IMG/VR virus record: IMGVR_UViG_3300044694_000082
Coordinates: 40,345-104,344 of that record
DNA from: a virus
Taxonomy: Duplodnaviria > Caudoviricetes
Direction: 5' to 3' (one strand)
Length of the DNA stretch: 64,000 bases
This document shows positions 62,186-64,000 of the stretch, one piece after another (the stretch's first letter is position 1; every line of letters begins with the position of its first letter). The translations under genes were made by a program, and so were the position numbers. The notes under the pieces are model-generated. The model was not told the origin of the DNA. It saw nothing but the letters and a program-made list of their open reading frames with translations, and searched no databases.

Positions 62186-62560
62186 TCATGAATCGTCGTC
62201 TGGTGACTCCATGCCCTTGCTGCTGCTGGCGGGCACGTACCGGGCACCGGGGACCCAGTCGCCGCCGCAGGCCTTGGGATCCTGCACCACGACGAAGTTC
62301 GAGCCCGTGTAGTCGGTGTTCGTGCCCTCGATGACGCGCCACGGTTTGGCGCCCGCAATGCACTTCGTGGCGATGTTGCCGTAGTGGTCGGGCATGTTGG
62401 TGATGGTGGCCGGTGAGTCGTCACCGCCTCGTACGCCGGAGGTCGTCGTGGCCACCGGTGCATCACCCATGCCCTTGCTGTCGTCGTCGCTGCTGCAGGC
62501 GGTGGCCGCGAGCAGGAGCAGGCTGACGGCGGCTACGGATATGAACTGTCCCATACGCAT
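62186..62560 (-). CDS. Lipoprotein
   Basis: Signal peptide ending LLLLAATA-C followed by SSDDD. Confidence 0.8.
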   Translation of the reverse strand: MRMGQFISVAAVSLLLLAATACSSDDDSKGMGDAPVATTTSGVRGGDDSPATITNMPDHYGNIATKCIAGAKPWRVIEGTNTDYTGSNFVVVQDPKACGGDWVPGARYVPASSSKGMESPDDDS

Positions 62561-62562
62561 CC

Positions 62563-63219
62563 TCAGCCGCCCATCACATTCAGCGACTTGTTCAGCAGCG
62601 AGCGGATGTCGCCCTTGACCGGGGTGAAGCCGGATCCGTTGACCGCGAGGGCCCAGCTGTCCCCGTTGCGCTTGACGTCGCAGATGGCGAGCATCTCGTG
62701 ATCCTCCAGCAGGGACGGTTCGATGACCGCCACGGCGTCATCGCTGCCGCCGGTGCTGTCGTAGACGGTGGCCTTGAGGTCGTGTACCGCGCGGATCGTC
62801 GAGCCGGGCTTGAAGCCGCCGACGACTACCAGGATACGGGTGAAGCGGCGGGGGATGTTGCGCAGTTCGAAGCGGAGGGTTTCATCGTCGCCGTCGCCCT
62901 CGCCGCGGATGCTGTCGCCGGTCGTGGTGGCGGAGCGCTGTTCGGCCGGGCTCGGCTCGTCCTTGAAGGGCTGCTCGTTGCCGAAGCCGAGGTACTTGGT
63001 CGGCTTGTCACCGACGAAGAACAGTGCGCCCGCATCCATGTCGGCGGGGTCGGTCTCGCCCTTGGCTTCGCGTTCCTTGCGCTTGAGCCATGCCTTGGCC
63101 TTGCCGAGGGCCGCGCCTTCTCCTGGGGTCGCGTTGCGTTCCCAGGCCAGGCCGACCTTGACGACTTCCACGCCGGTGAGGTCGTTGTCGCCGTCTTCCT
63201 TGGTCAGTACGTGAACCAT
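62563..63219 (-). CDS. TerD-family protein
   Basis: VKVGLAW, DMDAGA, GDSIRGEGDGDDE..RFEL..IP; SAS RBS. Confidence 0.9.
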   Translation of the reverse strand: MVHVLTKEDGDNDLTGVEVVKVGLAWERNATPGEGAALGKAKAWLKRKEREAKGETDPADMDAGALFFVGDKPTKYLGFGNEQPFKDEPSPAEQRSATTTGDSIRGEGDGDDETLRFELRNIPRRFTRILVVVGGFKPGSTIRAVHDLKATVYDSTGGSDDAVAVIEPSLLEDHEMLAICDVKRNGDSWALAVNGSGFTPVKGDIRSLLNKSLNVMGG

Positions 63220-63265
63220 GGTGTCTCTTCCTTGTCGGGTGTTGCAGTGAGCAGCCCTACTCGGG

Positions 63266-63613
63266 CTACTGGTTCTTGTTGGCGAGGTTGGCTGCGTTGC
63301 GGGCCAGGATCTCTGAGGGCGGTGTCTGCCCCGGGCCGTGGCCGGGGACTTCGTCGAGGGTCCAGGTCACGTCGCACCTCCAGACGCGCAGGCCGTCGTC
63401 GTCGGGGTCCTTGTTGAGGTGGAAGGCTTGGATGCTGGTGACCTCGTCGCGGTCGGTGCGCGGGTGGTCCCAGTCCTGCCAGGCGCCGGAGGGCTGGCGG
63501 TCCTGCATGACGTACTTGGGCGCCACATGAATGACGGTGCCTGTTTCCTGGTCGACCTGGAGGGGGTTGTCCATCCAGGGCTCCCAGTCCTCCGGCTTTT
63601 CGGTGTCGGTCAT
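63266..63613 (-). CDS. Hypothetical protein
   Basis: GAAGGG RBS, MTDTEK start. Confidence 0.6.
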   Translation of the reverse strand: MTDTEKPEDWEPWMDNPLQVDQETGTVIHVAPKYVMQDRQPSGAWQDWDHPRTDRDEVTSIQAFHLNKDPDDDGLRVWRCDVTWTLDEVPGHGPGQTPPSEILARNAANLANKNQ

Positions 63614-63615
63614 GG

Positions 63616-63918
63616 TCAGCCCTTCTTCAGCAGGTTGATGACGGCCTCGGTGTATTCGGGGTGGAAGAGCGACGGGCCACGGTCGAGGGCACGCAGTGCC
63701 TGTGAGGTGAGCCCTGACCAGCCCTGGTGGCGCTGGTAGCCGAGGACGACACCTTCGGTGGGGAACTCTGTCTTGTCGCGCCCGAGGAGGCCGATGACGT
63801 TGTAGTCCGCGAGGGAAGCCGTTGGTGACTGGCCGCGGTTGATGATGGCGACCCGGGCGATCTCGAAGCGGTCCTCGACGATCCCACCGGGCCAGATCTC
63901 CGCCTTGATGACGAGCAT
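63616..63918 (-). CDS. Hypothetical phage protein
   Basis: GAAAGG RBS; MLVIKAEIWPGG...I.N.G...ADY. Confidence 0.7.
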   Translation of the reverse strand: MLVIKAEIWPGGIVEDRFEIARVAIINRGQSPTASLADYNVIGLLGRDKTEFPTEGVVLGYQRHQGWSGLTSQALRALDRGPSLFHPEYTEAVINLLKKG

Positions 63919-64000
63919 GTCGGACCTTTCGAACATGTGGGAGCGAAACACGAGAAACCCGCAGAACAGGTGTAACCTGCACTGCGGGAGTGTCCGTCCG

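Overview
The whole window is phage DNA from a high-GC actinobacterial host, most likely Streptomyces: a siphovirus-type phage or plasmid-like prophage with no recognisable host chromosome. Positions 1-29.9 kb are a leftward arm of mostly small accessory genes, including ThyX, dCMP deaminase, vWA, SLOG, a RelE-like protein, a Tad2/DUF2829-like protein and HTH regulators. Positions 30-61 kb run rightward: TerS-like gene, moron region (Cre-like tyrosine recombinase, tRNA-Trp, Acb2/Tad1-like protein), TerL, portal, ClpP protease, HK97 capsid, head-tail genes, two paralogous tail-tube genes (one with an ATC start), frameshifting tail chaperone, tape measure, tail tip and lysis genes. Positions 61-64 kb are leftward again (Zn-ribbon/HTH regulators, lipoprotein, TerD). 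The strongest signals are non-coding or missed by the ORF track: (1) an orphan FxSxx-COOH (FxsA-like) RiPP precursor on the counter strand; (2) three host-type parS sites plus a perfect BldD box and GTNAC-n6-GTNAC boxes, suggesting coupling to host chromosome segregation and development; (3) a ~510-nt structured RNA with a repeated AGUGY/CC internal loop directly upstream of an Arg-rich Zn-finger protein; (4) a mirror-symmetric iteron origin candidate; (5) a start-associated sequence and long intergenic hairpins across the early arm. All family calls come from motifs recognised by eye; no database searches were run.
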